Shown one piece after another: positions 37,587-51,417 of a stretch of DNA of 64,000 bases (its first letter is position 1; each line of letters opens with the position of its first letter). The notes beneath the pieces are model-generated. The model had not been told where the DNA came from and ran no database searches. It saw nothing but the letters and a program-made list of their open reading frames with translations. The translations under genes and the position numbers were made by a program. The DNA comes from Carcharhinus longimanus. Its lineage: Eukaryota. The stretch spans positions 37,768,449 to 37,832,448 of the forward strand of contig JASCQW010000043.1 of the NCBI GenBank assembly GCA_030264375.1, written 5' to 3'.

Positions 37587-37885
37587 AGGTGAGCACAGTG
37601 GCACAGTGGTTAGCATTGCTGCCTCACAGCGCCAGGGACCTGGATTCCCAGCTTGGGTCACTGTCTGTGCGGAGTCTGCATGTTCTCCCTGTGTCTGCGT
37701 GGGATCCCTCCGAGTGCTCTGGATTCCCCCCACAGTCCAAAGATGTGCAGGTTAGGTGGATTGACCATGGTAAATTCCCCTTCAGTGTACGCAAACACGC
37801 CCCAGCGTGTGGTGACTAGGAGATGTTCACAGTAACTTCATTGCAGTGTTAATGTAAGTCTACTTGTGACTAATAAATAAACTTT
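37587..37885 (+). mobile_element. V-SINE with alternative (Rex1-like) tail
   Basis: HE1 head/V-domain; TTCACAGTAACTTCATTGCAGTGTTAATGTAAGTCTACTTGTGACTAATAAATAAAC. Confidence 0.9.
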
Positions 37886-38509
37886 AAAAACATTAGATAT
37901 TAAGAACAAAACAGAGACAATACAACAATGTATTGTGGAAAATGAAAATCAGCAAATAGTTACTTATTTTGTGAATATCACTTCCAAAAGAGAATATCCA
38001 CGAATGCACATGGATTATAAATATGAATTTTAGTCAGCAAAAAATAAAGGACTATAAAATCTTTCTTGATACTGAAGATGAAGAGATCAATATTAAAGTC
38101 TAAGGTATGCATTACACATGTAGTTTTATAATGAATAAGTGTAAAACCATCCTCCAAACAGCCATGTGCAGAATTAAGAAAAGTAAGAGCTTAATGAGCA
38201 GATTAAAGTACTTATACCAGCAAGAACAATTGTAGTCTTTCATTTTTAGTTCTTATCTGGTTCAAATTAAGTGTAAAGGTTACTGAAGGTCACAAGTGGT
38301 AGTTTAAGTAACAAGCAAATTCCTACCCTGGCATCATAAAAATTTAAAAACTACTTAGAAAGGAACACTCTTAACCAAGATCATTAAGATAAAATTATTG
38401 CTCCGTGCATTTTTTTCATCACTACAGGAATGTACAAATGTTTTTACAAGTTAATGGTGAGCCTAACAGCGAAAATAGATAAAAGCTATCCATCCAGGTT
38501 CCTGTATGA

Positions 38510-38745
38510 TTGCTGCACTGTTGGAGGTGCTGTCTTTTAGATGAGATATTAAAATTGAGTTCAAACCTGCTTGCTCAGGTGGATGCAAAAGGACCCTTGC
38601 CACACTTCAAAGAAGAGCCATGGGAGTTATCCTCGAGTCCTGGTTAATATTTTAAGAAAACGGATTGTTCGCTCACTATCCGATTTCTATTTGTGGACGT
38701 TTGCTGTGTTTATATTGGCTGCCCCATTTCCTGCATTCCGATGTA
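38510..38745 (+). mobile_element. DeuSINE fragment
   Basis: GCTGCACTGTTGGAGGTGCTGTCTTTTAGATGAGAT, AAGAAGAGC. Confidence 0.7.
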
Positions 38746-38934
38746 GTCTCCCCACTTAAAAATCCACCAGTGAGAGGGGGTATCAGAAGTCTGGCCTTGC
38801 TCAAAGAATGTCAACATTGATTTATGAATCTGAATTTGTGTCTAACTAATCTATTTAAATATTTTGAGGAAATAACTGCATGATGGGTAGGAGAATGTCT
38901 CGAGATTTTCATAGAATCATAGAATCCTTCTTTT

Positions 38935-39137
38935 TATTTGATTTTGATTTGATTTATTATTGTCACATGCATTAGTATGCAGTGAAAAGTATTGTTTTTT
39001 GCAGACTTACAGACAAAGCATACTGTCCATACAGAAAGAAACAAGAGAATGCAGAATGTAGTGTTACAGTCATAGCTAGGGTGTAGAGAAAGATCAACTT
39101 AGTATGAGGTAGGTCCATTCAAAAGTCTGATGGCAGC
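38935..39137 (-). mobile_element. Rex1 LINE 3' end, inserted in the tail of a minus-strand HE1 SINE whose head lies at 39511-39600
   Basis: Homologous to 25640-25835 (AAIRLLNGPT; TGTGACAATAATAAATCAAATC tail); preceded by the HE1 tail CATAGAATCATAGAATCC; gap follows. Confidence 0.85.
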
Positions 39138-39624
39138 NNNNNNNNNNNNNNNNNNNNNNNNNNNNNNNNNNNNNNNNNNNNNNNNNNNNNNNNNNNNNNN
39201 NNNNNNNNNNNNNNNNNNNNNNNNNNNNNNNNNNNNNNNNNNNNNNNNNNNNNNNNNNNNNNNNNNNNNNNNNNNNNNNNNNNNNNNNNNNNNNNNNNNN
39301 NNNNNNNNNNNNNNNNNNNNNNNNNNNNNNNNNNNNNNNNNNNNNNNNNNNNNNNNNNNNNNNNNNNNNNNNNNNNNNNNNNNNNNNNNNNNNNNNNNNN
39401 NNNNNNNNNNNNNNNNNNNNNNNNNNNNNNNNNNNNNNNNNNNNNNNNNNNNNNNNNNNNNNNNNNNNNNNNNNNNNNNNNNNNNNNNNNNNNNNNNNNN
39501 NNNNNNNNNNCCACACAACCAGTGACCCAAGCCGGGAATCAAACCCGGTCCCTGGTGCTGTGAGGCAGCAGTGCTAACCACTGTGCCACCGTGCTGCCCC
39601 TCCCCCCTCCAACCATATGAAGTG

Positions 39625-40078
39625 CCGAAGAGCATTTGGGAACGTTCCACGCACAAGATTATGAGCAAAAATGAACGTACATGGGAACTGGCTGAGAGTA
39701 ATTGATCGAGGGAAGGAGACAGAGAAAAGGGATGAAGAGAATTTTCTCTGTTTAGCAGGTATGAAGGTGTGTTTCCTAGAGGTGTATATTTGGGTTTTAT
39801 CTTTTCACCATATATATTAAAAACATATGAAGAAACCAAAAGTATACTGAAATTTGCAGGTGACACTAAATTAGGAGGCACGGTGGGTTATGTCGATGGA
39901 AGCAGAAGTTCGCAAAGCGACGTAGACGAATCTTTTATCAAGATTAAGACTGATAAATTTTTGTTGGTTAAGGATATCAGGGGAAGAAAGCTGATAACTG
40001 GAGTAGAGATGTAAACAGAAATGATATAATTGAATGACAAACAGGCTTGAGGGGCTGAGTGGCAGTCTCCTGTTCCTC
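39625..40078 (+). mobile_element. CR1 RT fragment and tail
   Basis: ILKFAGDTKLGG (CR1 RT motif FADDTK); GGGCTGAGTGGC tail. Confidence 0.8.
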
Positions 40079-40736
40079 TGCTTGTTTAATTTCAGTGCTG
40101 CTGAAGTAACACATCACAATTACTCAGAATAACCTTTGCATTGTGTTTTTTTTCCATGAACAGTCCTTTTATGTGTTGAGTGCACATTTATGAAGCAGAT
40201 GTTGAGGCAATGGCCAAGTTATTCTCAATATATAACAATGTGAGAGACAGCATCCTTATTTAAGCGCAGAAATGCCATTAGCTTTCACACATGCTTATTA
40301 TAATTCATACTCTTGCTTATTCTGTTTTCCTTGCAGAGCTTTTCAGAGTGGATATGAATTGTTTCTCCCTAATTAGCACAACAATCAGCCATTTCAATTG
40401 CTGGTTTTATTTGCCTTGCAGGATTATGTGAACAATCATTTACTGCTGTAAACTGTTGAAAGAGGTTGTCTCGGACAACTCAGCTGCTTTATTATTGACT
40501 GGCAGTGTCAGCCCAAGATGCACATTTAATGAAAATGGTTATTTTTGTGATAAATTGTGTAAATGAAATATGCAAATCATGCAGATTTTAAAAGCACGAC
40601 ACAACCATAATGCAACTGGCAACACTGCAGCAGTTAAAAATTCATTTTATGTTCAGTGTTGTGAAGTTAACTTGATGGTTCAACTGGCTGCCCAAATATT
40701 TTTTCCCTGTACACTTACACAGTTAATGGTGGGGCC

Positions 40737-40955
40737 TTGGGAAGAGTTACCAAACAAAGAGATCTAAAGGTACATGTTCATAGCTCCTTAAAAGTGGAGT
40801 CACAGGTGCACAGAGTGGTGAAGAAGGCATTCAGCACGTTTGGTTTCGTTGGTCAGAACATTGTATACAGGAGTTGGGACGTCTTGTTGAAGTTGTACAA
40901 GACATTGGTAAGGCCACATTTGGAATACTGTGTACAGTTCTGGTCACCCTATTAT
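40737..40955 (+). mobile_element. CR1 LINE fragment
   Basis: QRDL.VHVHSSLKV..QV.RVVKKA..LYKTLVRPHLEYCVQFWSP. Confidence 0.92.
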
Positions 40956-41056
40956 ANNNNNNNNNNNNNNNNNNNNNNNNNNNNNNNNNNNNNNNNNNNN
41001 NNNNNNNNNNNNNNNNNNNNNNNNNNNNNNNNNNNNNNNNNNNNNNNNNNNNNNNN

Positions 41057-41197
41057 AAACCAGAGCACCCGAGGAAACCCACACAGATACAGGGAGAATG
41101 TGTAAACTCCACACAGACAGTGACCCAAGGCCAAAACTGAACTCAGATCCCTGGCACTGCAAGGCAGCAGTGCTAACCACTATGCCATCGTGCCACT
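41057..41197 (-). mobile_element. HE1 V-SINE 5' part
   Basis: AAACTCCACACAGACAGTGACCCAAG...GGCAGCAGTGCTAACCACT. Confidence 0.88.
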
Positions 41198-44100
41198 CCA
41201 TGTGTGCAGTTAATGGAACCCTGTACCATGGGAAGCCAGAAATTGTTGCAAATCATGGAAAACTTGATGTAACTATGTGCCTTATTGAAACAGGAATTGT
41301 TGAATTTCCTTATACATTTATGAATAGGGGATTACATATTCCATTGAGGCCTCCAGTGGAGTCCTGGAATGAGTCATTAGTAATAGATGGCCTCCCCACT
41401 TAAGATGCCAAATGCCTCCATGGAATTAGCCTCTCTTCCTCAGCTTCTGGGTCCTTCTGGGGCCCCACCAGCCCATTTTCCTCAAGGCAAGGCTCTACTC
41501 TTAACCCTCCTCGACCTTCTCCAGTTCTATCATAGCCATCAAGAAGGCAGACTCCTGCCTGCATTATGAACTCCCTGTTTCTGTGGAAAAATAGATTAGA
41601 GACACAACTGTACATTACCCTGCAATGATTAACTCCAATTGTTAAGCTAGGAAGTCATTGTGAAATCTTTGCCTGCCCTCATGCCATCCCCATCCCAGGT
41701 TGATCCTTGTAGCTGAAATATATCCTGAAGGTAGCTGAGATTTCCTCGCTATCACCTCTTCCCCTCCCCTACATCCCAGACATGACAGCACATTCACAAA
41801 ATGCATTGGACCTGGGTGTTTGCAGTCACGTGCTATCAATGTCAGAACACTGTCCAGCTGCCTCTATTTGACTAGAGAGAGAGACCAGCTTGCCACTAAT
41901 TTAATGACTGCAAACTTTATGCCTTGTTATCATTGACTATCCCAACTACAATGTGTAAGCTTGTAGGCTACATGTTGCGTATGCGCTGCAGCCGTGTTCC
42001 CTCCATTTTTTGATTTCTCTTCGTGTTTCACATTCTTCCGTGAGGGACAATAATAAATCAGACCAATTCAAATATTTTTCCAAGCTCTATTGTATTCTCA
42101 CAAGAATTTGCACCATGAGTGGAGATAATCAAATCTTTCACTGGACATTTGACTCATCCTAACATTTCTCAAGTGAGCCTTTCTCTGCATATCCCGAATT
42201 GGTAATTCCCCTTCAATTGGCCCAGAAGTGCTGTAGCCAACTCCTTCCACAAGTCCTCAGAATCCTTCAGTGGTGACATTTTCCCCCAAGTTACTTTTCT
42301 CTTGCATCATTGCATCTGGCTTTTGAGATGGTGCTATTCCAATTCTACTTCAACCTCTCCAGCTATCATCCACGTGCTCTTATTCTCCTCAATGCTCACC
42401 ATGTCCAAATTTCCATTCCTCTGATCACTTTCCTGCTTCCCCCTTTAACTCCAGGGCTCCATAGACATTGTCAATATTCCTATCCAAGCCCTGAACTAGC
42501 TCCTGTTGATGACCCCATGCCTCAGGTCGACCTCAGCCCTCCCCATCTTGAGGCCCTATGCACAGTGACCTATAGAAAAGCCCCCTCTTATTTACCAGTT
42601 TCACATTTACAGGTTATTGAAGCCTCCCCTGACAGTGACAGTGCCACTCCTACCCAGTAATAAACCATCAAGTGTGTGAAGAAGGACTGACCACACCCTG
42701 AATAGCATGCTATGCATGACCCACACTGCACAGCTAGGCCTTCCCCCTCCCTGGACTGGGACTAAGACAAGCATGCCAAGCATAGCATGGTCAGCACAGC
42801 CCCAAGATTGCCTTCCATGCTGCACCCACAACATGGTCTCCATAGCCCCAAGGCTGCCTTTGCATTCTGGCCCTGATAATGTGGTCTGCCCTTGTCCAGG
42901 ACTGACTCATACTTCTCTCTCTCCAGTTCCTTTAACCACCTCCTCCCAGTCGTATGTTTTTGTCCATCTCTATCTACTGGGCTCCAGTCACCTCCTCTNN
43001 NNNNNNNNNNNNNNNNNNNNNNNNNNNNNNNNNNNNNNNNNNNNNNNNNNNNNNNNNNNNNNNNNNNNNNNNNNNNNNNNNNNNNNNNNNNNNNNNNNTC
43101 TCCCCCTTCCCTCCCTGCTGGCCTTACCTGACAGTAAGCACCTTGGTGCAGAGTTAGAGCATCTACGAGATAGGACAGCAACTCAGTGAAAGATAGGCAA
43201 ATGCTATGTGTACAAACCTCAAAGTCATGAGCGAAGTGAAGGCCATCAGGTGCATGCCACTTATATACGGCTGTGAATCAGCTGGTGTAATTGTCTGCTG
43301 GCGGGGAAATTAGATTTGGAGTATGGGCGTGACTCCGACAAGCTGATGTTTTTAATGAGAATTCGTAAGATACAAAGAGATACAAAATGTGGTTCCTGAC
43401 ATGGAGCAGCAGGAAACTCGACCACCAAGAAAGTCAGGAGTGGAAAATTACACTTACTTCCTGCCAGAAGAAAACTGACTTTTGCCATCATGCCAAATTT
43501 TGTGCCATTGCCTGTCACAATCTCCGCCATTGGTGAGATGGAAAATTCTACCGTATCACTCAGTTTGCTTTGCTGTTTAAGTGAATCATGTCCAATCTGC
43601 ACTTCAACTCCATTCTTCAGATTTTGCTTCATATCCCTTGATATCCTTGCGCAGCAAACATTTATCTATCCCAGCCTTGAAGGCTTCAATTCCCTTATGC
43701 CCCTTGTTCTTGATTTCTCGCCACATGAAACAGTTTATCTATAATTACCCTATCAAATCATTTTAATGTTTTAAAAATCCCAATTACATCATCCCTCCAT
43801 CTTCTAAACTCAAGCAAAAATGGGCCAACCTGTCCCCACGCGTTAAACCTCTAAGTCCTGCTGATCACAGTGCCTATGCCTTATATCCTAACTTTGTCCC
43901 CTGTAACCCAACTAACCTCTAACCCAATCCACCTCTGCTACGCCATGCCCTGATCTAATGCCAAAGTTTGCTGCATGCTTCTCATAGGGTAGTAAGTGTG
44001 GAAGGGTATCTGACCCTTTGGAATGCGGCATATATTTGCAGGTCACTGGAATCCAGAATAGCACTGTGACATAGACTTGAAAGAGTTAATGGTATTAGTG

Positions 44101-44702
44101 GTTATCTAAAGGTTGCCCCCTCTGTCAGGGTCACAGGGGCAACACAGCTTTTCTCCTACAAGGACTTTATAATCCTCTTAGTAGGGATTGTTTGCCAGAT
44201 TTTCTGGCTATTTTAGTTCAGTGGATTTCCTCAGAACACTAGCTGGTACTGAAACCATTCAAATAGAGACCCTGTGGATGTTAGCAGAGTTAGCAACAGA
44301 GGTCATTGTTACCGTGGAGTGCCACTCCATGGATTTTGTCCCAATGTTATTCCCATGCTGGGGTCAGGAATACTCCCAGAAAAAAAAAAGTAACCAAGGA
44401 TGGCAACTTCAGTTCATTCTTTTCTTTATTTTTCTGGCTCACAGTCACTGAAGCCAAGTCTGGCACTCTCAGTGCAACCCTGATATATATTAACAGCTAA
44501 CGTGGGAGAGGTAGATTTCTAATCTTGGACCTTTCTGGTTGCTATGGTTCAGTGGCATTTCACTGAGTGTGTCTATCTGAATAAATCAGGTGGGAGTCAA
44601 AATCTTTATGTTTGTATTTATGCATCTGCACTCATTTATGTGTATGCACTCATACTTTACATTTTAAGATATTTATCTGATGATGACCATGTTGTTCTAC
44701 TC

Positions 44703-45308
44703 CAGGAGCATTGAGTATAAAAATTCACAGGTCATGCTGCAGCTGCACAGAAATTTAGTTCGGCCTCACTTAGAATGTTGTGTACAATTCTGGTTGCCAC
44801 ACCATCAGAAGGATGTGACGGCTTTGAAGAGGTACAGAAGAGGTTTACCAGGATGTTACTTGGTTTGGAGGGTATTAGCTATGAGGAGAGGTTGGATAAA
44901 CTCGGTTTGTTCTCACTGGAATGGCAGAAGTTGAGGGGTGACCTGATAGAGGTTTACAAGATTATGAGTAGCATGGACATAGTGGATAGTCAAATGCTCC
45001 TCCCTAGGGTAGAAAAGTCAAGTACCCAGGAACGTAAGTTTAAGATGCGTGGGGAAAAGTTTAGAGAAGATGTTTGAGGCACTTTTTTTTTACACAGAGG
45101 ATGATGAATGTCTGGAACGTGCTGCCCAGGGAGGTGGTAGGAGCAGACACGATAACAGCATTTAAGGGGCAATGAGACGAATGCATGAATAGGATGGGAA
45201 TGGACTCTGTAATTGCTTATAGTTTTAGTTTAGGCAGGCATCATGATCAGCAGGCTTGGAGGGCCAAAGGGCCTATTCCTGTGCTGTACTTTTCTTTGAT
45301 CTTTGTTC
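44703..45308 (+). mobile_element. CR1 (HER1-like) LINE 3' end
   Basis: LVRPHLECCVQFW, VQKRFTRML.GL..YEERLDKLGLFSLE..LRGDLIEVYKI; (TTCTTTG)-type tail. Confidence 0.93.
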
Positions 45309-45456
45309 CACATGTGCGCACATCTTTATATTTCTCCTGTGTTTCCATTGCTGGCACAACGAATGAATGAAGCAGAATCAGCAGGCATAAATTGTTAAGT
45401 GAACTCTGGATAAAAGATACCTTGATGAATGCATCAATCCCTGAAACGCATATCTT

Positions 45457-45760
45457 GGGGAAATAATGGCATAGTGGTACTGTGATTAGATTTGTCACGA
45501 ATATCCTGGCGGCACAGGTTCAAATCCCACCATGGTAACAAATGGAATTTATATTCAACTAATAAATGTGGAAGATAATGCTAGTTCCAATAATGTTGAT
45601 CAGAAAACTATCATTGTTTGAGGTAAAACCCCATCTGGTTCACACATGCACACATGGGGTGAATGTGCAGTCTCCACACTGAAAGTCACCTGAGGTCGGA
45701 AGTAAACCCGGGTCCCTGGCACTGTGAGGCAGCAGTGCTAACCACTGCACCACTGTGCTG
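45457..45760. mobile_element. SINE family B 5' part (+, 45457-45642) abutting a partial HE1 head (-, 45650-45760)
   Basis: GGCATAGTGGTA..GGTTCAAATCCCACCATGG..CCCATCTGGTTCAC, then CCCGGGTCCCTGGCACTGTGAGGCAGCAGTGCTAACC. Confidence 0.75.
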
Positions 45761-45775
45761 TCATAATGACTTTCT

Positions 45776-46293
45776 GGGCAGGAATCTCATTTAAATGAAT
45801 TGGAATTTCATTAAAGGCTACCTCCCACATATTTTCTCCCACAGTGGTGTTAAGTTTACAACAGGTTTTCAAAAATGGGAACCAGGCAAATGGAGGACAG
45901 GGGGTAAATGTAGCCCCCGAGGAAGGGGAGGGGGGGCATGCACCCTGATATTGCACTGGCATTGTGCTTTGGCACCCTGGCACTGCTCTATGGCACTGCT
46001 GGGGGAAGTGCCAAGGGAACCCTGCTGGAGAGCTCCATTGCGATGAGGTTCCCCTTTTCCATGGGGGAGGTTCTCTTTGTGCAGGGGGATGGGGTGGGGG
46101 GAGGGGTCGGTGGGGTTGTCCTCTGAGTGCATGTTGGGGAGGAGTTCTTTGCCAGCATTGCTGCCTTTTTCTGACCCAGCTTGAGCGTGTTGGACAATGT
46201 CTGCAGATTCTATCTGCACAAAGTGCAGCTGGTGAGCCACACACTGGTTTTCTCATCTCAGCCGGCACTTTGCAAAAAGGGAAAATTCTGCCC
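45776..46293. mobile_element. Non-autonomous Harbinger-like element
   Basis: GGGCAGGAATCTC...AAAATTCTGCCC termini; internal TGGCAC repeats and G-rich tract similar to the reverse complement of 22200-22750. Confidence 0.7.
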
Positions 46294-46319
46294 TTGGATT
46301 CCTGGAGGGGTTCCACATT

Positions 46320-49300
46320 CCAGCTGTAGAATGTTCCTAGGATTCCCACTGTGGTTCCTGGTGGCCATATTTGTAGCAAACATTGGTTTCTCAAGCAACT
46401 TTGGCTCAGAGTTAATGAGCTGGAGTGTGAGCTTCAGATCCAGAGAGAGGGAAAAGTTACCTGGAGCTGTATTTCAGGAGGCAGTCACATCCCTTAGATT
46501 AACTACCTTGAATTCAGTCAGGGGCAGGAGGGTGTGACTACAAGTGAGGCCGGTAGAGGAATCCAGGAAGTAACACTGCAGGAGACACAGCTTTTGTTCA
46601 AAATATCTGATATTCTCGCTCCTGNNNNNNNNNNNNNNNNNNNNNNNNNNNNNNNNNNNNNNNNNNNNNNNNNNNNNNNNNNNNNNNNNNNNNNNNNNNN
46701 NNNNNNNNNNNNNNNNNNNNNNNNNNNNNNNNNNNNNNNNNNNNNNNNNNNNTTGTGTCTGAATGCGCATAAGTGTTCGGAATAAAATTAATGAGTTAGT
46801 CATGCAAATAGACAAAACATGGTGTGATTTGCTGGCGATTACTGCAACTTTTTTTGAATTCATTCATGGAAAGTGGGAGTCACTGGCTGGGCCAACATTT
46901 ATTGCCCATCCCTGAGGGCATTTTAAGAGTCAACCACATTTCTGTGGTCGTGGAGTCACATGTAGACAAAATCAGATAAGGATGCCAGATTTCCTTCTCT
47001 AAAGAACATTAGTGAACCAGATGGGTTTTTACAATGGTTGACAATAGTTTCATGGTCCTTGTGAGACTTTTTAATTCCAGGTTTTTATTTAATTCAAATT
47101 TTACCATCTGTCGTAATGGGATTTGAAGCCAGGTGCCCAAAGTGTTAAAATGAGACCAGGTCTGGGAATTGAATATCCAAGGGTACTCACTGTTTTGGAA
47201 AGATGGACAGAAAGGGAAGAGAGGTGGTGTAGCTTTGTTATTAAAGGAAGGGATCTATGCTGTAATGAGAGATGATATTAACACTGGAGATCAAAGAGTA
47301 GAATCAGCCTGGGTAGAAATAAGAAAGAGCAAATGAAAGAAATCCCTGGTGGGATTAATCTATGGGTCCCCTAATATTAGTGCAACAATAGGAAACAGTA
47401 TAAACCAAAAAATATTGGGGGCTTGAAAACAAGGTATGGCAATAGTCATGCGTGATTTTAATATGCATATGGTTTGGATGAATCAAATTGGCAAAGGTAA
47501 CCTCGAGGGAGAGTTCATAGAATGTATTACAGCTCGTTTCTTGGAACAATATGTTGTCAAACAAACCAGGAGCGGGCTGTTTTAGCTTTAGTATTGAGTA
47601 ATGAAATGGATTAATTAATGATTCTGATATGAAAGGTCCTCTAGGGCAGAGTGATCATTGCATGCTTGAATTTCAAATTCAGGTTGAGGGCAATAAATTT
47701 AAATCCCACACTAATGTTTTGGTATTAAACCAAAGTAGTTACATAGGCATGAGGACAGATTAGCCCTATTGGTCTGGGCAGAAAGACTAAAACGTAGAAT
47801 AGTTGATGAACAGTTTTAAATGTTTCAGAAGATATTCAATTCCTCCCAAGTAAAATGTATTCCAGAGAGGAAAAAAAAGGGAGGAAATACTTTTGTGGCT
47901 AAGAAAGGAGGTTAAAGATGGCATAAAGGCAAAAATTAAGGCATACCGTAATGCAAAGGTTGGCTGGAAGTTTGGGGAACTTTTAAAACCAACAGAGAAT
48001 TACTAAAACTGTAATAAGAAGAGCAAAGGTAAATTATGAAAGCAATCTAATATAAATATAAACACAGATAGCAAAAGAATAAAAAGAAAGAAAGTAGGTA
48101 AAGTCAATGTTGGTCCTTTAGAGGACAAGACTAGGAAGCTCATAATGGGGAACGTGGAAATGGCAGAGACATTAAATCAATATTTTGCCTCGGTTTTCAT
48201 GGTGGAGGATACTGGATCCCAATAGTAACAGATAATGCAGAGGTTGTTGGAAAGGAAAAGCTTAAGACAATTGCCATCACTAAGTAATGAGCTATTGAAA
48301 CTAAAGGCAGACAAAACTCCAAGACTTGATAGCCTATATCCCAGGTCTTAAGAGAGAAGTGGCAGTAGGGATAATGGAGGTATTGCTTATAATATTCCAA
48401 AATTTCCTAGATTTTGGAAAGATTCTAGTGGGTTGAACAACACTGATGTAATCCTTGTTCAAAAAGAGAGAAAGACAAAAAGAGAGAAAGACAGAAAGTA
48501 GAAAACTACACTTTAACATCTATTGTTGGAAAACTGTTGGAATCCATTATAAAGGGAGTAGTAATGGGACATTTGGAAAATCAAAACACACTCTATCAGA
48601 GTCAGCATGTTTTAGTAAAAGTTAAACATATTTGACTAATTTGCTGGAATTCTTCAAAGATGTAACAAGTAAACTGGATAATGGGGATTCTGTAGATGTA
48701 GTGTATCTGAATTTCCAGAAGGCATTTGATAAGTGCCACACAAAAGGTTAATAATACACAACATATTCGGGGATTAGTGGCGATATATTAGTTCGGAAAA
48801 AGGATTGGATAACCAACAGAAAGCAAAGAATGAGGATAAATGAATCTTTTTCTGATTAGCAAGCTGTAACTAGTGGTGCACCACAGGGTTTGGGTCCCAA
48901 TTATTTAAATTAATGACTTGGATGTAGTGATAGAATGTACTATAGCCAAATTTTCAGCTGACTCTAAAATAGGTGGGAAAGAAAGTTGCAATGAAAAAAT
49001 AAAACATTTACAAATGGACATGGATTGGTTAGGTGAATGGGCCAAAATTTGGCGGATGGAATTTAACATAGATAAGCGAGATGTTGTCCATGTTGGCCGG
49101 AGGAATCAAAAAGCAACATTCCTAAATAGAGAGAAACTTTAAGATACTTCGGTGCAGACGGACCTGGGTATCCTTGTGCACAAAGAGAGTTAGTATGCAG
49201 GTGCAACAGTTAATAAGGAAGGTAAATTGAATTTTGCATCAATTGCTAATAGAATAGAGCAGAGAAGTAGGGGATTGCTTTTGCATCTGTATAGGCATTA

Positions 49301-49496
49301 ATGAAACTGTATCTGGAGTACTATACATAGTTTTAGTCTCTTGAGGAAGGATGCAAATGCATTGGAGGTAGTTCAGAGAAGGTTCACTAGATTGATTCCA
49401 GGGATGAAAGTCGTGTCTTATGAAGAGGGATTGAACAGTTTAAGACTATACTTGCTGGAGTTTAGGAGAATAAGAGGAGATCTAATCGAGGTATTT
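46320..49496 (+). mobile_element. Long CR1 LINE (ORF1 zinc finger/coiled coil, gap, ORF2 endonuclease-RT), degraded
   Basis: HICSK..LKQLWLRVNELECEL (ORF1); CLNA..INEL, GGVALL.KEG, MRDFN, SDH, FQKAFDK, SGAPQG, IAKFSADSKIG, RGDLIEV. Confidence 0.9.
46850..47145 (-). mobile_element. SINE family B inserted in CR1
   Basis: TTTATTGCCCATCCCT, CATTAGTGAACCAGATGGG, GGATTTGAAGCC (reverse-complement B box). Confidence 0.87.
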
Positions 49497-50885
49497 GGCC
49501 TCTACAACTAATTGGGCATGTTTCTTTTGCTAGAATCTTTGTAAATCCATCATACACTTTGCCCACTTCTGCTACTGAAGGCAAAATGCTCATCAACTTA
49601 AGTTGCTCTTAGTTAAATTGCTCATTTGGTTATTTGATTCTTGATTTGATTTGATATATTATTGTCACATGTATTAACATAGAGTGAAAAGTATTGATTC
49701 TTGCACGCTATATAGACANNNNNNNNNNNNNNNNNNNNNNNNNNNNNNNNNNNNNNNNNNNNNNNNNNNNNNNNNNNNNNNNNNNNNNNNNNNNNNNNNN
49801 NNNNNNNNNNNNNNNNNNCATAGAGAAGGAAAGGAGAGAGTGCAGAATGGAGTGTTACAGTCATAGCTAGGGTGTAGAGAAAGATCAACTTAATGTCAGG
49901 TAGATCTATTCAAAGTCTGGTGGCAGTAGGGAAGAAGCTGTTCTTCAGTTGGTTGGCATGTGTCCTCAGACATTTGCATCTTCTTCCTGATGGAAGAAGT
50001 TGGAAGGAGAATGTCTGGGTGTGTGGGGTCTTTAAGTATGCTGACTGCTTTGCAGAGGCAGCAGGAAGTGTAGGCGGAGTCAATGGATTGGAGGCTGATT
50101 TGCATGATGGATTGGGCTACATTCATGACTTTTTGTAGTTCCTTTCGCTCTTGGGCAGAGCGGGAGCCATACCAAGCTGTGATACAACCAGAAAGAATGC
50201 TTTCTGTGGTGCATCTGTAAACGTTAGTGAGAGTCTTAACAGACATGCCAAATTTCCTTAGTCTTCTAAGAAATTTGGACTGCCAGTCCACAGTGCTTGA
50301 TTTTTACAGGAAGGCTGGGTCTTGGGCCAGACCCGAAGTGTTCTGTAGCCGGATGGCTAACAACTACATTTCTGCAAACCATGATGGGAAAATCAGCCAA
50401 CATTACACAACATGAAGTCTGTGAAACAGCTTGTTTTTCCAAGCAAGTGCGATAAGATGTACTCAACATGAAATTGCTGCAGTTGCTAAGGTAAGTAAAG
50501 AGAATAAGCTAGCATTGAGCAAAATGGGTAACAGGTTATCCGTGTATGTGGTTAAAGAACTTTCTCAACGAGAATAACTGGATGAACACAGAAGGTTTGG
50601 AACTTTCGCAGCAATGGCCTGCGGGACCCACCATCGTGAAGACCGTCCTGCATCTGGGACTCAGTGAAGACAACCCATCAAAAGGAGGCTGATCACCTCA
50701 CCCTGCAATAGGTATTATTAAGTCCAAGCCCACAGTCTTGTGATTTATTGTAACAAGTAATCAGTGTTTTAATAAGTGAAATAAAGACCAGCTGAATATT
50801 TATCAAGTACTTTAAACATTAATAAAGCGTGCTCTGCATGAAATATCTCATGTCTGTCTGTCATGCCATCGTTTGAGGGTCAACA
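49497..50885 (+). mobile_element. Possible LTR remnant interrupted by Rex1
   Basis: Ends AATAAA (50821)...GAGGGTCAACA; weak left terminus TTGGCCTCT at the CR1 break point; no clean TSD. Confidence 0.3.
49636..50271 (-). mobile_element. Rex1 LINE 3' end
   Basis: FLRRLRKFGMSVKTLTNVYRCTTESILSGCITAWYGS..KDPTHP; tail TACATGTGACAATAAT..(CAAAT)n. Confidence 0.92.
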
Positions 50886-51417
50886 ATAGAACTTGAAATC
50901 AAATCTTATCTTTTTGATTTGCCCTGTCCCCTACTTAAAAGTAATCCATTCCCCCAGTGCAAATTTTTTGAAGTCCGATAGCACTGGGTAGATTATTTAA
51001 AATATGCACTGCACTGAGAGGTTCAAAGCAGCATAAATAACGGAAAGCTTCATGTCACATTTACAGTTTAGGAGCTAATTAAGTATTAATATTCAACTCC
51101 TTATCATGTGCATATACTAAGCAGCTGCATGTTGGACAATTTTGCACAAACATATCTCTGAGAAATGTAATTGTTGAAATAGAATTCAAATTGACACAGA
51201 GAATGGTGAAACATTGGTACATATTAACATATTATGCAGTCTACTTACTTAATGGGACACCATACATGACAATCGGCAAACATTCTTTTCAAGTTTCCCC
51301 CACAGCGGATTGTGAATAGTTTCAAATTCTCATTTTCCCAAAAAGGAAAATCCTTCTAGATTTCAGTTGAACATTTCATTCAGACAAATGCTGGTTCCTG
51401 CCACTGAGTTACAGTTT

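Noticed and set aside
39094-39881. Long ORFs of 130-260 aa
   Set aside because: Their length comes from N runs; the same applies to the ORFs at 40930, 42707, 51448 and 55563.
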